Shown in pieces: positions 28,780-38,904 of a DNA stretch of 64,000 nt (the stretch's first letter is position 1; each line of letters opens with the position of its first letter). The notes beneath the pieces were generated by a model that ran no database searches, had not been told where the DNA came from, and saw only the letters and a program-made list of their open reading frames with translations. The position numbers were made by a program, and so were the translations under genes. The DNA is from Alphaproteobacteria bacterium. GTDB lineage: Bacteria; Pseudomonadota; Alphaproteobacteria; CALKHQ01. The stretch spans positions 1,184,001-1,248,000 of the forward strand of contig CBDDFZ010000002.1 of assembly GCA_965227515.1 (NCBI GenBank), read 5' to 3'.

Positions 28780-29712
28780 ATGAAAATCATTGCAGGTAAT
28801 TCGAACCGGCCGCTGGCCGAAGCGGTTTCGGCGGCGTTGAACGTACCGCTGACGCGGGCGCAAATCCGGCGTTTCTCCGACATGGAGATCTTCGTCGAGA
28901 TCCTGGAAAACATGCGCGGCGAGGATGCTTTCGTCATCCAGTCGACGTCGTTCCCCGCCAACGACAACGTCATGGAATTGTTGATCATTCTGGATGCGCT
29001 GAAGCGCAGCTCGGCGCGTCGGGTGACGGCGGTGATGCCCTATTACGGCTATGCCCGCCAGGACCGGAAGACCGGGCCGCGCACGCCCATTTCGGCCAAG
29101 CTGGTCGCCGACCTGATCGGCGCCGCCGGCGCCGACCGCGTGCTGACCATGGAACTGCACGCCGGCCAGATTCAGGGTTTCTTCGACGTTCCGGTGGACA
29201 ATCTGTTTTCCGGGCCGGTGTTCGCACAGGACATCCTGGACCACTACGACCAGGACCGGTTGATGATCGTTTCGCCCGACGTCGGCGGCGTCGTTCGGGC
29301 TCGCGGGATCGCACGACGACTTGACGTCGACCTTGCGATCATCGATAAGCGCCGCGAACGTGCCGGTGTTTCGGAAGTGATGAACATCATCGGCGACGTT
29401 CGTGGCCGCAGTTGCGTGCTGGTGGACGACATCGTCGATACCGCCGGCACCCTGTGCAATGCGGCCCAGGCACTGATGGACGCCGGCGCGGAACAGGTGG
29501 CGGCGTATGTCACCCATGGCGTGTTGTCTGGCGGGGCGGTGGCGCGGGTCACCTCGTCGCCGCTGCAGCAATTGGTGTTGACGGACAGTATTCAGGCGAC
29601 CGAGGCGGTGCGGGTGGCACAGAACATCCGCCAGCTCTCGGTGGCACCGCTGATCGCAGAAGCGGTTCGGCGGATTAGCGAGGAACGCTCGGTATCGAGC
29701 TTGTTCGATTGA
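28780..29712 (+). CDS. prs: Ribose-phosphate pyrophosphokinase
   Basis: [25 protein letters not shown]. Confidence 0.97.
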   Translation: MKIIAGNSNRPLAEAVSAALNVPLTRAQIRRFSDMEIFVEILENMRGEDAFVIQSTSFPANDNVMELLIILDALKRSSARRVTAVMPYYGYARQDRKTGPRTPISAKLVADLIGAAGADRVLTMELHAGQIQGFFDVPVDNLFSGPVFAQDILDHYDQDRLMIVSPDVGGVVRARGIARRLDVDLAIIDKRRERAGVSEVMNIIGDVRGRSCVLVDDIVDTAGTLCNAAQALMDAGAEQVAAYVTHGVLSGGAVARVTSSPLQQLVLTDSIQATEAVRVAQNIRQLSVAPLIAEAVRRISEERSVSSLFD

Positions 29713-29756
29713 TCGCGGCCCTCGGGGCCGCTTGATGGTTTGAGGAGACATGCGAC

Positions 29757-30416
29757 ATGGCTGAGGTCGCAACTTGGGATGTAGAGGCCCGCGCGCGGGC
29801 TGGCACCGGCGGGGCGCGCGAGACCCGGCGTCAGGGCATGGTGCCCGCGATTGTATATGGCGCGGGCGAGGAGCCGGCGATGATCGCGGTGTCGCCGAAG
29901 GAGCTGGCGCGCGAGCTGCGCAACCCGGGCTTCTTCGGCAAGCTGTTCGACCTGAAGCTGTCGGGCAAGGCCGAGCGGGTGATTCCGAAGGACGTGCAGT
30001 TCCATCCGGTCAGCGATGAGCCGCTGCATATCGACTTTCTGCGGGTCAGTGCCGATTCCAGGGTCACGGTCGCGGTGCCGGTGCAGTTCCAGAACGAAGA
30101 GGACTCGCCGGGCCTGCGCAGTGGCGGCGTGCTCAATATCGTCCGCCACGAGGTGGAGCTGAACTGCCGGGTGGATGCCATTCCGCAGGTGCTGGAGATC
30201 GACCTGACCGGCCTGGAAGTCGGCGATTCGGTCCACATCAGCGCGGTTTCGCTGGGTGACGGCGTCGAGCCTGTCATCTCCGACCGTGACTTCACCATCG
30301 CCACCATTGCCGCGCCGACCATCGTTGCCGATGTCGACGAGACCGAAGGCGAGGACGAGGGCGAAGACGAAGCGGCGGCAGAGGACACTGGCGACGAGGA
30401 CGACGGCGAGGACTGA
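29757..30416 (+). CDS. rplY: 50S ribosomal protein L25/Ctc
   Basis: VPAIVYG, QFHPV, HIDF, acidic tail. Confidence 0.96.
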   Translation: MAEVATWDVEARARAGTGGARETRRQGMVPAIVYGAGEEPAMIAVSPKELARELRNPGFFGKLFDLKLSGKAERVIPKDVQFHPVSDEPLHIDFLRVSADSRVTVAVPVQFQNEEDSPGLRSGGVLNIVRHEVELNCRVDAIPQVLEIDLTGLEVGDSVHISAVSLGDGVEPVISDRDFTIATIAAPTIVADVDETEGEDEGEDEAAAEDTGDEDDGED

Positions 30417-30565
30417 TCGTCGCGCGATTGCGTGTCGGCGCCGCGCCGCGGGCGTGGCGCCACTGCTGCTGAGGGTTGGCATCGGGGGCGTAGGTGGCCG
30501 GCGAGCGGAAGGGACTGCTGCGGCGACTGCTGCCCCGGGGCGACCGTGACAACGCGCCAGCCGAC

Positions 30566-31165
30566 ATGCGCTTGCTCGTCGGTCTCGGCAATCCCGGCCG
30601 CGAGTACGAAAACAACCGCCACAATGTGGGCTTCATGGCGATCGACGAGATCGCCGCGCACTACCGCTTGTCGGCGTGGCGCTCGCGCTTCGAGTCCGCC
30701 ACCGCCGACGGCACGGTCGGCGACCGGCGCGTGCTGGCCATGAAGCCGATGACTTATATGAACCGGTCCGGCCGCGCGGTCGGTGCGGCGGTGCGCTTCT
30801 TCAAGCTGGACCCCGCGGCGGTGTTCGTGTTCCAGGACGAGATGGACCTGGCGCCGGGCAAGGTGCGGGTGAAGAAGGGCGGCGGTGCCGGCGGGCACAA
30901 TGGCATTCGCGATATCGCTTCGCACATCGGCCAGGACTTCTGGCGGATACGCATCGGCGTCGGCCATCCGGGCAGCAAGGAGCGGGTGATCGGCCATGTG
31001 CTCAAGGACTTCGCCAAGGCGGACCAGGGCTGGCGCGACCAGGTGCTGGACAGCATGGCCGGCGCGCTGGATCTCCTGCTCGACGGCGACGAAGGCCGCT
31101 TCATGAACAAGGTCAGCGTTGCCGTGCAAGCTCTTGACCCGAAAGCAGACAAAAAGAGCAGCTGA
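30566..31165 (+). CDS. pth: Peptidyl-tRNA hydrolase
   Basis: VGLGNPG, RHNVGF, KPMTYMN, GGHNG. Confidence 0.96.
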   Translation: MRLLVGLGNPGREYENNRHNVGFMAIDEIAAHYRLSAWRSRFESATADGTVGDRRVLAMKPMTYMNRSGRAVGAAVRFFKLDPAAVFVFQDEMDLAPGKVRVKKGGGAGGHNGIRDIASHIGQDFWRIRIGVGHPGSKERVIGHVLKDFAKADQGWRDQVLDSMAGALDLLLDGDEGRFMNKVSVAVQALDPKADKKSS

Positions 31166-31210
31166 TGCGCCCGGCATCGCGCTGCTTGCCCTAACCACAA
31201 GGAACCTGTC

Positions 31211-32308
31211 TTGGGATTTCGCTGCGGCATCGTCGGACTGCCCAATGTCGGCAAGTCGACCCTCTTCAATGCGCTGACCGCGACCGCGGCGGCGGAGGCG
31301 GCCAACTATCCGTTCTGCACCATCGAGCCGAATGTCGGCCGCGTGGTCGTGCCGGATGCACGCCTGGACCGCATCGCGGGCCTGGCCAAGTCGGCCCGCG
31401 TGGTGCCGACCCAGCTCGAGTTCGTCGACATCGCCGGGTTGGTGCGTGGCGCGAGCAAGGGCGAGGGGCTGGGCAACCAGTTCCTGGGCCATATCCGCGA
31501 GGTCGAGGCGGTCGCCCATGTCGTGCGCTGCTTTGTCGACGACAATGTCACCCACGTCGATGGCGGCATCGACCCGATGCGCGATGCCGAAACCATCGAG
31601 ACCGAGCTGATGCTGGCCGACCTGGAGAGCCTGGAACGGCGCACGGTCGCGGCGGAGAAGAAGGCGCGCGGCGGCGATCGCGAGGCCAAGGCCGAACTGC
31701 CGGTGATGCAGCGCGCGCTCGCCCTGTTGCAGGACGGCAAGCCGACCCGCGGCATGGCCGTCAGCGCGGAGGAACGGCCGATCTTCCGCCGGCTGCAACT
31801 GCTCACCGCCAAGCCGGTGCTCTATGTCTGCAACGTCGACGAGGGATCGGCCGCCAACGGCAACGAACTCAGCCAGAAGGTCGCCGAGATGGCGGCGGAG
31901 ACCGGGGCCGTGTCCGTCGTGATCTCGGCCGCGATCGAGGCGGAGCTGTCGACCCTCGACGCGGAGGACAAGCAGGCGTTCCTGGACGATCTCGATTTGA
32001 GCGAGCCCGGGCTGAACCGGTTTATTCACACTGGCTATCAGTTGCTTGATTTGATTACGTTCTTCACCGCTGGCCCGAAGGAGTCACGGGCCTGGACCAT
32101 CAAGGACGGCACCACGGCCGCGCCGGCCGCCGGCACCATCCACACCGACTTCCAGCGCGGCTTCATCTGCGCCGAGACCATCGCCTATGACGACTACATA
32201 GCCTGCGGTGGCGAGGCCGGCGCGAAAGAAGCCGGCAAGATGCGGCAGGAAGGGCGCGACTACGTCGTGAAGGACGCCGACGTGCTGCTATTTCGGTTTA
32301 ATGTGTAG
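31211..32308 (+). CDS. ychF: Redox-regulated ATPase YchF
   Basis: GLPNVGKST, NYPFCTIEPN, DIAGLV, FRFNV. Confidence 0.97.
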   Translation: MGFRCGIVGLPNVGKSTLFNALTATAAAEAANYPFCTIEPNVGRVVVPDARLDRIAGLAKSARVVPTQLEFVDIAGLVRGASKGEGLGNQFLGHIREVEAVAHVVRCFVDDNVTHVDGGIDPMRDAETIETELMLADLESLERRTVAAEKKARGGDREAKAELPVMQRALALLQDGKPTRGMAVSAEERPIFRRLQLLTAKPVLYVCNVDEGSAANGNELSQKVAEMAAETGAVSVVISAAIEAELSTLDAEDKQAFLDDLDLSEPGLNRFIHTGYQLLDLITFFTAGPKESRAWTIKDGTTAAPAAGTIHTDFQRGFICAETIAYDDYIACGGEAGAKEAGKMRQEGRDYVVKDADVLLFRFNV

Positions 32309-32577
32309 ATCTAACTATCTGATCTTAATTTATAAAAATCGTATCTGGATGATGCGTTAGACCTGCCTGCCGCCTCCGCGGCTGTTTGTCGCCCGGGCGA
32401 TTGGGGCGCGGCGGCTCCGCTCCGCCGGACCCACCTCAGTATTAGGCAGAGGGTGTGCAGTCGCGGCGATGCGGGCGCGCGCGAACTTCAGGACGCGCGT
32501 TCCACTGATCCCGGCTGCGGATGCGAGGAGGTCGCATGCGCAATCCCAGAACTTCCGACACACGGGTCGGTGCCGCC

Positions 32578-33933
32578 ATGGCGGTGGCTGCGGCGATCGT
32601 GCTTTGCGCGACGCCCGGGCCGGCGAACGCCGACGGCGTGATCGCGCCGGACGATCTTGTCTATCTCGGCGCGTTTCGCCTGCCGGGCGGTGAGGACCGG
32701 CCGCTAACGTTTGCCTATGGCGGCAACGCGATGACGTTCAATCCGAACGGCGATCCGGGCGGCGGGGCTGACGGTTTTCCCGGGTCCCTGTTCATCACCG
32801 GCCACGCTCGCCTGGCCTATGGCGAGTTGCCGAACGGCGACCAGGTCGCCGAGGTCAGCATCCCGGCGCCGGTCGTCGCGAATTCGGCGGCCGGGTTGAG
32901 CGCGGCGTCGTTCATCCAGCCGTTTCATGACGTCGCCGCGGGCTGGTTCGTCGGCCTCGACGAGATACCGCCGTTGGCGATGCTCTATCTCGACAGCCCA
33001 CCGCTGGGGCCGGCGATCCATCTGGCCTGGGGGCAGCACATGCAGCCGGAAGCGGCAACCCCGTCGCACGCATTGTTCGCGCCCGACCTTAGCGCGCCGG
33101 CGATGCAGGGGCCGTGGTTCGTCGGCGACGCGTCGCCCTATGCCATCAACAGCTACATGCTGCGGGTCCCGGCCGACTGGGCGGCGGCCCATACCCAGGG
33201 TCGTGTCATCGGCACCGGGCGGTACCGCGACGGCGGGTGGTCCGGCATGGGTCCGGCGCTCTATGCCTACAGCCCGTGGGACGCTGAAGGGCAGCTCGCG
33301 GCATCCGGCGCGCGCCTGTCGGCAACCGCGCTGCTGCAGTACCGCAGCTCGCGCGAGACCGAGGATATCGACGGCGCGCTCGCTGGCTACCAGCATGCCG
33401 ACGAGTGGGAAGGGGCGGCCTGGTTGACCACCGCCGACGGGCGGTCTGCCGTGCTGTTCGCCGGCACCAAGTCCGTTGGCACGCGCTACTGGTACGGGTT
33501 CGTCAACCCCGAGGGGCACGACCGTTCGTGCGTGGCGGGCGACTTCGTCGGTCAGTTCCCGGTCTGCCGGCTGGCCGACGGGTCTTCGTGTCCCGCGGCC
33601 GAATTGGTCGAGTGCGCCAACCACAACGACTTTCGCGGTTGGTGGAGCACCCGGTTCGAGGCGCAGTTCATACTCTACGACCCCGCCGATCTTGCGCGGG
33701 TGGCCGATGGCGAGATGGCGCCGTTCGAGCCGCAGCCCTACGCCGCGATCGGCATCGACGAGGCGCTGCTGCTCGACCCGCCGCCTTGGGATGTGGAGTG
33801 GCTGGGCGAGGGCCCGCAGCGCCGTGCCCGTATCGGCGATGCCGCCTACGACGCGGCAAGCCAGACGCTCTATGTGCTGGAGCTGTTTGGCGATGGCGGC
33901 AAGCCGGTCGTCCACGCCTGGCGCGTTCAGTAG
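32578..33933 (+). CDS. Secreted hypothetical protein (Trp/Gly/Pro-rich, probably beta-propeller-like)
   Basis: Signal peptide ending ANA; YLGAFRLP N-terminal motif; consistent coding bias. Confidence 0.75.
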   Translation: MAVAAAIVLCATPGPANADGVIAPDDLVYLGAFRLPGGEDRPLTFAYGGNAMTFNPNGDPGGGADGFPGSLFITGHARLAYGELPNGDQVAEVSIPAPVVANSAAGLSAASFIQPFHDVAAGWFVGLDEIPPLAMLYLDSPPLGPAIHLAWGQHMQPEAATPSHALFAPDLSAPAMQGPWFVGDASPYAINSYMLRVPADWAAAHTQGRVIGTGRYRDGGWSGMGPALYAYSPWDAEGQLAASGARLSATALLQYRSSRETEDIDGALAGYQHADEWEGAAWLTTADGRSAVLFAGTKSVGTRYWYGFVNPEGHDRSCVAGDFVGQFPVCRLADGSSCPAAELVECANHNDFRGWWSTRFEAQFILYDPADLARVADGEMAPFEPQPYAAIGIDEALLLDPPPWDVEWLGEGPQRRARIGDAAYDAASQTLYVLELFGDGGKPVVHAWRVQ

Positions 33934-33968
33934 CGCGCCCGACCGCAAACAACAGGAGGACTATCATC

Positions 33969-34322
33969 ATGCGATATCGACACATTGCGGCCGGGCTGAT
34001 GGCGCTTGGCTTGGCTGTGCCGGCCGCCGAAGCCTCGCCGGCCTGCGACCTGCTGCGCCGGTGCGCGGCCGAACTGGCGGCCGAAATGGCGACCGGCGTG
34101 GGCGACGGGTGCGGCGAGGTGTGGCGCGCGGCGACGATCCAGCAATATCGCCGGCTGAGCGTCAGTCCGTTGGAGCAAGGCGGGCCGGGGATGTGTGAGG
34201 CCGTGTTCCTGACCATCGCCAACAACACCCGCGAGTTCTATGAGCGGCGGCGCATCTGCAACATGCCGATCGCCTGCAAGCCGGAAAATGCCGACGACCT
34301 GCCGGCCCTGCCGCCGCTCTAG
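33969..34322 (+). CDS. Small secreted six-Cys protein
   Basis: AGGAGG SD, signal peptide ending AEA, six Cys. Confidence 0.7.
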   Translation: MRYRHIAAGLMALGLAVPAAEASPACDLLRRCAAELAAEMATGVGDGCGEVWRAATIQQYRRLSVSPLEQGGPGMCEAVFLTIANNTREFYERRRICNMPIACKPENADDLPALPPL

Positions 34323-34377
34323 GCGCGTTTCGCTGGCGCGGAATAGCTGTGGTCAGCGCTAGCGCATGATCACTTAA

Positions 34378-34458
34378 GTCGGCACCGGCCCTCTCCCCCA
34401 CCCGGCCGCCCAACGACAGTATCCTGCTGGGTGGCCGGGTGGGGGAGAGGGCCGGCGC
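34378..34458. repeat. REP-like palindrome family A, intact copy
   Basis: GTCGGCACCGGCCCTCTCCCCCACCCGGCC...GGCCGGGTGGGGGAGAGGGCCGG between convergent genes. Confidence 0.88.
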
Positions 34459-34483
34459 AGATTCAGCGTAAGCTGATCCCGAT

Positions 34484-35680
34484 CTAGCGCAGGTCGCGGA
34501 CGGTCTGGGTCATCTCGTCGACGGTGCGGAAGGCGGTTGCGGCCGTCGAATAGGCGCGCTGTGTCACGATCATGGTCGAGAACTCGGTGCCGAGGTCGAC
34601 GTTCGACTGCTCGATGGTCGCGGCCCGGAACTGGCCCAGCTCGCTGCCGCGCGTGTCGATGAGTTCGGCTTCGCCGGAAAGCGTACTGACGCTGAACACG
34701 TCGTTCGACAGCGCCTTCAGGCCGTTGGTGTTGGGGAAGACCGCGCCTGGGATCAGGTAGAGCTGCGAGACGACGCCGTTGCTGTAGGACACGTTCAAGA
34801 ACCCGTCCTGGTCGAAATAGAAATTGGACGGCAGGCCCGGCCCCACGCCGTCGTTAGTGCTGCCCCGGGTCACGAATTCGCCGCCGGTCATGGACATGGC
34901 CGAGATATCGGTGGTGTAGGCCGCGGTCGACCCGCCAGGGAAGCTCGCACTGACGGCGTAGGACGTGGTGCCGGAGGCAAAGCCGGTGGACGGGTCGATG
35001 GTCAGCGTGGCCGGCGCACCGACGGTGGCTGTGCCGCCGGTGACCGACGCCGAGATCGACCAGGAGTTCAACCCGGTGTTCTGGAATGTGTAGGTCAGGT
35101 CCTGCGGGTTGCCGTCGCTGTCGTAGACAGTAATCGACCTCTCGTGAGTGTCGCCGACGGATGCGGTGGCAGGCAGGTTGTCGGCCAGCCCGACGGCGGT
35201 GGTGGCCTGCCCCGGTATCTGCTCGTTGCGCGTCGGCACCTCGATCAGTTCCAGCGACTGGGAAACCGTGCCGTTGGAGACCGGCCAGCCCTGCAGGTAG
35301 TAGCCGTTGGCGGTCGACAGGCGCAGCGTGCCGCTCTCGCCCTCGACAATCTGGAAATTGCCGTTGCGGGTGTAGTAGGCGCCACCGCTCTCACCCTGCT
35401 GCACGGCGAACATCGCGCGGCCGCCGAGTGCCGCATCCAGCCCCCGGCTCGTGCCGGCATACGCGCCATTGGCATCGACCCGTTGGGTGACCTTGGCCTG
35501 CGCGCCCTTCGACTTGGTCAGGAAGGTGCCGTCGCTGCCGAGGAGCGACGAGAAGTCGATCTCGCGGCGGCGGTAGCCGTTGGAGCTGACGTTGGCGACG
35601 TTGTCGGCAATCACGCCCAGCGCCGATCCGTGCGAGCGCATCGCGGTACTGGTGATGTAGAAGGCGGAGTTCAAACTCAT
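34484..35680 (-). CDS. flgE: Flagellar hook protein FlgE (stand-alone)
   Basis: IADNVANVSSNGY, YTRNGNF, EQSNVDLGTEF..MIVTQRAY. Confidence 0.9.
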   Translation of the reverse strand: MSLNSAFYITSTAMRSHGSALGVIADNVANVSSNGYRRREIDFSSLLGSDGTFLTKSKGAQAKVTQRVDANGAYAGTSRGLDAALGGRAMFAVQQGESGGAYYTRNGNFQIVEGESGTLRLSTANGYYLQGWPVSNGTVSQSLELIEVPTRNEQIPGQATTAVGLADNLPATASVGDTHERSITVYDSDGNPQDLTYTFQNTGLNSWSISASVTGGTATVGAPATLTIDPSTGFASGTTSYAVSASFPGGSTAAYTTDISAMSMTGGEFVTRGSTNDGVGPGLPSNFYFDQDGFLNVSYSNGVVSQLYLIPGAVFPNTNGLKALSNDVFSVSTLSGEAELIDTRGSELGQFRAATIEQSNVDLGTEFSTMIVTQRAYSTAATAFRTVDEMTQTVRDLR

Positions 35681-35740
35681 GGCACATTCCCGTCCTGGGC
35701 CGAACCGAAGTCCTTGAGGGACACCGGCGCCGAGGGCACC

Positions 35741-35755
35741 GCAAGATCGATGCCA
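35741..35755 (-). promoter_or_regulatory. Sigma-54 promoter of flgE
   Basis: Minus strand TGGCATCGATCTTGC = GG-N10-GC, 60 nt upstream of the ATG. Confidence 0.8.
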
Positions 35756-35830
35756 CGGGAATGGCCGCCGGAAACGCCACGAAAAAGGCCGGCGTCAGTG
35801 GCGCCGGCCGGTCGTTCTCGCAGTCTGCTA

Positions 35831-35867
35831 GGCAACTATTGCCATCGGCCCGGCAGGATCCGCCGGG
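35831..35867. promoter_or_regulatory. Two ftr-like (FlbD enhancer) palindromes
   Basis: GGCAACTATTGCC (35831-35843) and CCCGGCAGGATCCGCCGGG (35849-35867), about 80-110 nt upstream of the sigma-54 box. Confidence 0.65.
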
Positions 35868-35880
35868 CTGTCGGCAACCG

Positions 35881-36057
35881 CTATTTGGGTTCGATCACCT
35901 GCCGGCCCTTGTACATGCCGGACGCCAGATCGATGTGGTGCGGGCGACGCAGCTCGCCGCTGTCCTGGTCGACCACATAGGTCGGCTTGGCGAGCTTGTC
36001 GTGGGCACGTCGCTGGTTGCGGCGCGACTTCGATACCTTCTTGCGCGGTACGGCCAT
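35881..36057 (-). CDS. rpmF: 50S ribosomal protein L32 (Cys-free type); missed by the ORF track
   Basis: [22 protein letters not shown]...[10 protein letters not shown]...[15 protein letters not shown]. Confidence 0.96.
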   Translation of the reverse strand: MAVPRKKVSKSRRNQRRAHDKLAKPTYVVDQDSGELRRPHHIDLASGMYKGRQVIEPK

Positions 36058-36226
36058 TGGCCACCTCCAGATCGGTCACGTTGCCCAAGATGATTGGGCG
36101 TGGGATGAATGGAAAGGCGGTCATTTAGGCGATTGGGCCGCCAAATGCAACCCCGCATCGCAGTTCCCGCCGTGTTAGCGAGGGACCGGCACCCACGGGC
36201 GCCGGCCCCCCATCGCAATTGGCGCG

Positions 36227-37525
36227 CTACTGTGCCGCGATCAGCGACAGGTCGATGGAATTGGCCATTGCTTCATAGCCCGCGTCGTTCGGGTGCAGGT
36301 TGTCGCCCTTGTCGAAGGCGGGCAGGATCATGTTGGGATTGTCGGGGTCCTGCACCACGGCATCGAAGTCGATGACGCCGTCGAACGCCCCACCGTTGCG
36401 GATCCAGTCATTGACCGCCACGCGCACCGCCTCCTTCTCCTCGCTGTAGTAGCCATCCAGCGGTCCGCCGCCGAACGCGTTGTTGAACGGGGTCAGGGTG
36501 GCGCCGATGACGCGGATGCCATGGTTGTGCGCCCGCGCGATCAACTGCTTGTAGCCGGTAATGATGTCGTCGGCGGTGGGCGGCACGGCGTGCTGGTCCA
36601 GCATCATGTCGGGCCAGCCGATGTCGTTGATGCCCATCATGAAGATGACGGTATCGACATAGGGATGGACCAGCACCGCTTCCTCGAACCTGGCGAGCGC
36701 ATTGATGCCCATGCGGTCGGCCAGCACGCGCTCGCCGGAGATGCCTTCGTTCAGCACCGCGGTCTGGGTGTCGCCGGCCGCGTTCAGGCGTTCGGCCAGC
36801 ACGTCGGGCCAGCGGTTGTTCAGGTCTGCCGACGAGCCGTCGCCGTCGGTGATCGAATCGCCGAAGGTCACGATGGCGCGCGCACCCTCCGGCGCATTGA
36901 CGATCACCCGGCTCAGGAACAGGCGCGACAGGGTGGTGATGTCGGGCGTGATGTCGGCGTCCGCGGTCTTGTCGCCGGCAACGATGTAGGCGGTCTGCCG
37001 GCCGTCGAAGTGCATGGTCGTGGCAGGCGTGACGTTGGCGAAGTAGAGGCTGACCGCCACACTGCCGAGTGCCGGCACGCTGAGGTCGACGGGATCGCTG
37101 ACCACCGAAGCGCCGGCCGGAATGGTGATCGAGCTGTTGCCGCTGAAGGTGAGCGCCCGGTCGGTGCCGTCCTGGATCTTGGCGCCGGTGTCCTGCAGCG
37201 CGATGTGCGCCGCGTCGACGGTCATCGGCAGGTCGCCATACTCGTTGGAGAGTGCGATGCGCACCTGCTCGCCGCCAATGGACACGCGCGCGATCTGGCG
37301 GATGGTCTGGCCCCACAGATTGCGCGGGAAGGTGAAGCCGGCCAGGAAGTCAGGCTCCCAGATCGGCTGGGTGGCCGCCGACCAGGTGTCGATCCAGTCG
37401 CCACCGCCGCCGGCGGCAAAGCTCTCGGTGGTCGGGGCCGCCATCGCGACGGCGAGCGCGCCGGCAAGGGCAATGCCTTGCCACCGGCGCCGGGGCGTGG
37501 TCGTGTTTTTTGGTTCGTGGGACAC
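36227..37525 (-). CDS. Secreted SGNH/GDSL hydrolase
   Basis: FGDSITDG, NEGISG, GIND, DNLHP; GTG start with AAGGAGG SD. Confidence 0.92.
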   Translation of the reverse strand: MSHEPKNTTTPRRRWQGIALAGALAVAMAAPTTESFAAGGGGDWIDTWSAATQPIWEPDFLAGFTFPRNLWGQTIRQIARVSIGGEQVRIALSNEYGDLPMTVDAAHIALQDTGAKIQDGTDRALTFSGNSSITIPAGASVVSDPVDLSVPALGSVAVSLYFANVTPATTMHFDGRQTAYIVAGDKTADADITPDITTLSRLFLSRVIVNAPEGARAIVTFGDSITDGDGSSADLNNRWPDVLAERLNAAGDTQTAVLNEGISGERVLADRMGINALARFEEAVLVHPYVDTVIFMMGINDIGWPDMMLDQHAVPPTADDIITGYKQLIARAHNHGIRVIGATLTPFNNAFGGGPLDGYYSEEKEAVRVAVNDWIRNGGAFDGVIDFDAVVQDPDNPNMILPAFDKGDNLHPNDAGYEAMANSIDLSLIAAQ

Positions 37526-37811
37526 GATGTTTCCTCCTTGGTCTCGGACCGACGCCTTCTGTCGGGCACGGTCCTTCAGGCTCGCGTCATGGCAGCGCCT
37601 ACGGACCATGCCCGCGGCGCGGCGTGCGCGAACTCTTCTGTGAACAACGGAACACCGGCTCCGGTCTGGGAACCGGTCACCATCGACTGCCGGGCATGCC
37701 CTGAACGGGGGTTGCGGGTCATACCGGCGGAGACGATTGTTCCACCACAATCGACGTCTGACAAGAGTGGCTGGCAAGAGCGCCTGGAGCGTCGAAAGCC
37801 GGGCTGGGCCC

Positions 37812-38756
37812 TCAGCGTTTCGCGCGCAGGCGGTCGGTGGCGGTGACCAGGCCGGCGCGGATGCCCGGCTCCATCGCGGCGTGGCCGGCATCCGGCACCA
37901 CGACGAGGTTGGCTTCCGGCCAGGCATCGGCCAATACGAACGCCGAGCGGGCGGGGCAGACGATGTCGTAGCGCCCCTGCACGATGGTCGCCGGAATGTG
38001 GCGGATGGCCTCTATGCCGTCGAGCAACGCGTTGTCCGGCAGGAACATCTGGTTGACGAAATAGTGCGCCTCGATGCGCGCCAGCGGCAGCGCCAGCGAC
38101 AGGCGCGCCGCGCCATCCACCGCGTCCTCGCTGGGCAGCAGCGTGGAGCAGCGGCTCTCGTAGATGCTCCATGCGACGGCGGCGGCTTCCCGCACCGCGA
38201 GATCGTCGTCGGTCAGGCAGCGGTAATAGTCGGCCAGCAGTCCGGCCTCGGTCGTCTGCGGCAGCGCGGCGATGAAGTCGCGGTGCGCATCGGGGAAGAC
38301 GTTGGCCATGCCGTGTAGGAACCAGTCGACTTCCCGCGCCGTGCCCAGAAAAATGCCGCGCAGCACCAGCGCGGTGCACTGGGCGGCGTGGGCCTGGGCG
38401 TAGGCAAGCGCCAGGGTGCTGCCCCACGACCCGCCGAACACGGCCCAGCGCGCGATGCCCAGATGGCGTCGCAGCGCCTCTATGTCCGCGATCAGGTGCT
38501 GGGTCGTGTTGTCCACCAACTCGCCCAAAGGGGTGGAGCGGCCGGCGCCGCGCTGGTCGAACAGGACGATCCGGTAATAGTCGGGGTCGAAGAAGCGGCG
38601 GTGAGCGGCGGTGCAGCCGGCACCGGGGCCGCCGTGCAGGAACAGGATCGGCACGCCGTTCGGCGCACCGGACTGTTCCCAATACAAGGTGTGTCGCGCG
38701 TCGACCGCCAGGTTTCCTGTCTCGAACGGTTCGATCGGCGGATAGAGGTCCGGCAA
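37812..38756 (-). CDS. pip: Proline iminopeptidase
   Basis: LYPPIEP, HGGPG, FDQRG, GGSWG, GRYD, AGH. Confidence 0.94.
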   Translation of the reverse strand: MPDLYPPIEPFETGNLAVDARHTLYWEQSGAPNGVPILFLHGGPGAGCTAAHRRFFDPDYYRIVLFDQRGAGRSTPLGELVDNTTQHLIADIEALRRHLGIARWAVFGGSWGSTLALAYAQAHAAQCTALVLRGIFLGTAREVDWFLHGMANVFPDAHRDFIAALPQTTEAGLLADYYRCLTDDDLAVREAAAVAWSIYESRCSTLLPSEDAVDGAARLSLALPLARIEAHYFVNQMFLPDNALLDGIEAIRHIPATIVQGRYDIVCPARSAFVLADAWPEANLVVVPDAGHAAMEPGIRAGLVTATDRLRAKR

Positions 38757-38904
38757 CGATGTGGTCCTGGTCGTTGGTGTGCGTGGCGCGCACGATGCCG
38801 CCACCGCGAATAGCATATCGCGCGAAGCCTTGATACTTTGCGCCACGTTGCGTGGCCACGGCGAAGGCGCTGGCCATGCCCTGCCAGGAGGCGCGGACGC
38901 CAAG

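Noticed and set aside
29831-32029. 732-aa minus-strand ORF
   Set aside because: Shadow of rplY, pth and ychF
34376-34386. AAGTCGGCACC resembling a tracrRNA tail
   Set aside because: It is the conserved foot of REP family A; there is no Cas9, IscB or TnpB gene nearby
37530-37800. Possible riboswitch in the long leader of the SGNH hydrolase
   Set aside because: Small hairpins are present, but I found no recognisable cobalamin, TPP, FMN or SAM core motifs; an Rfam scan would settle it
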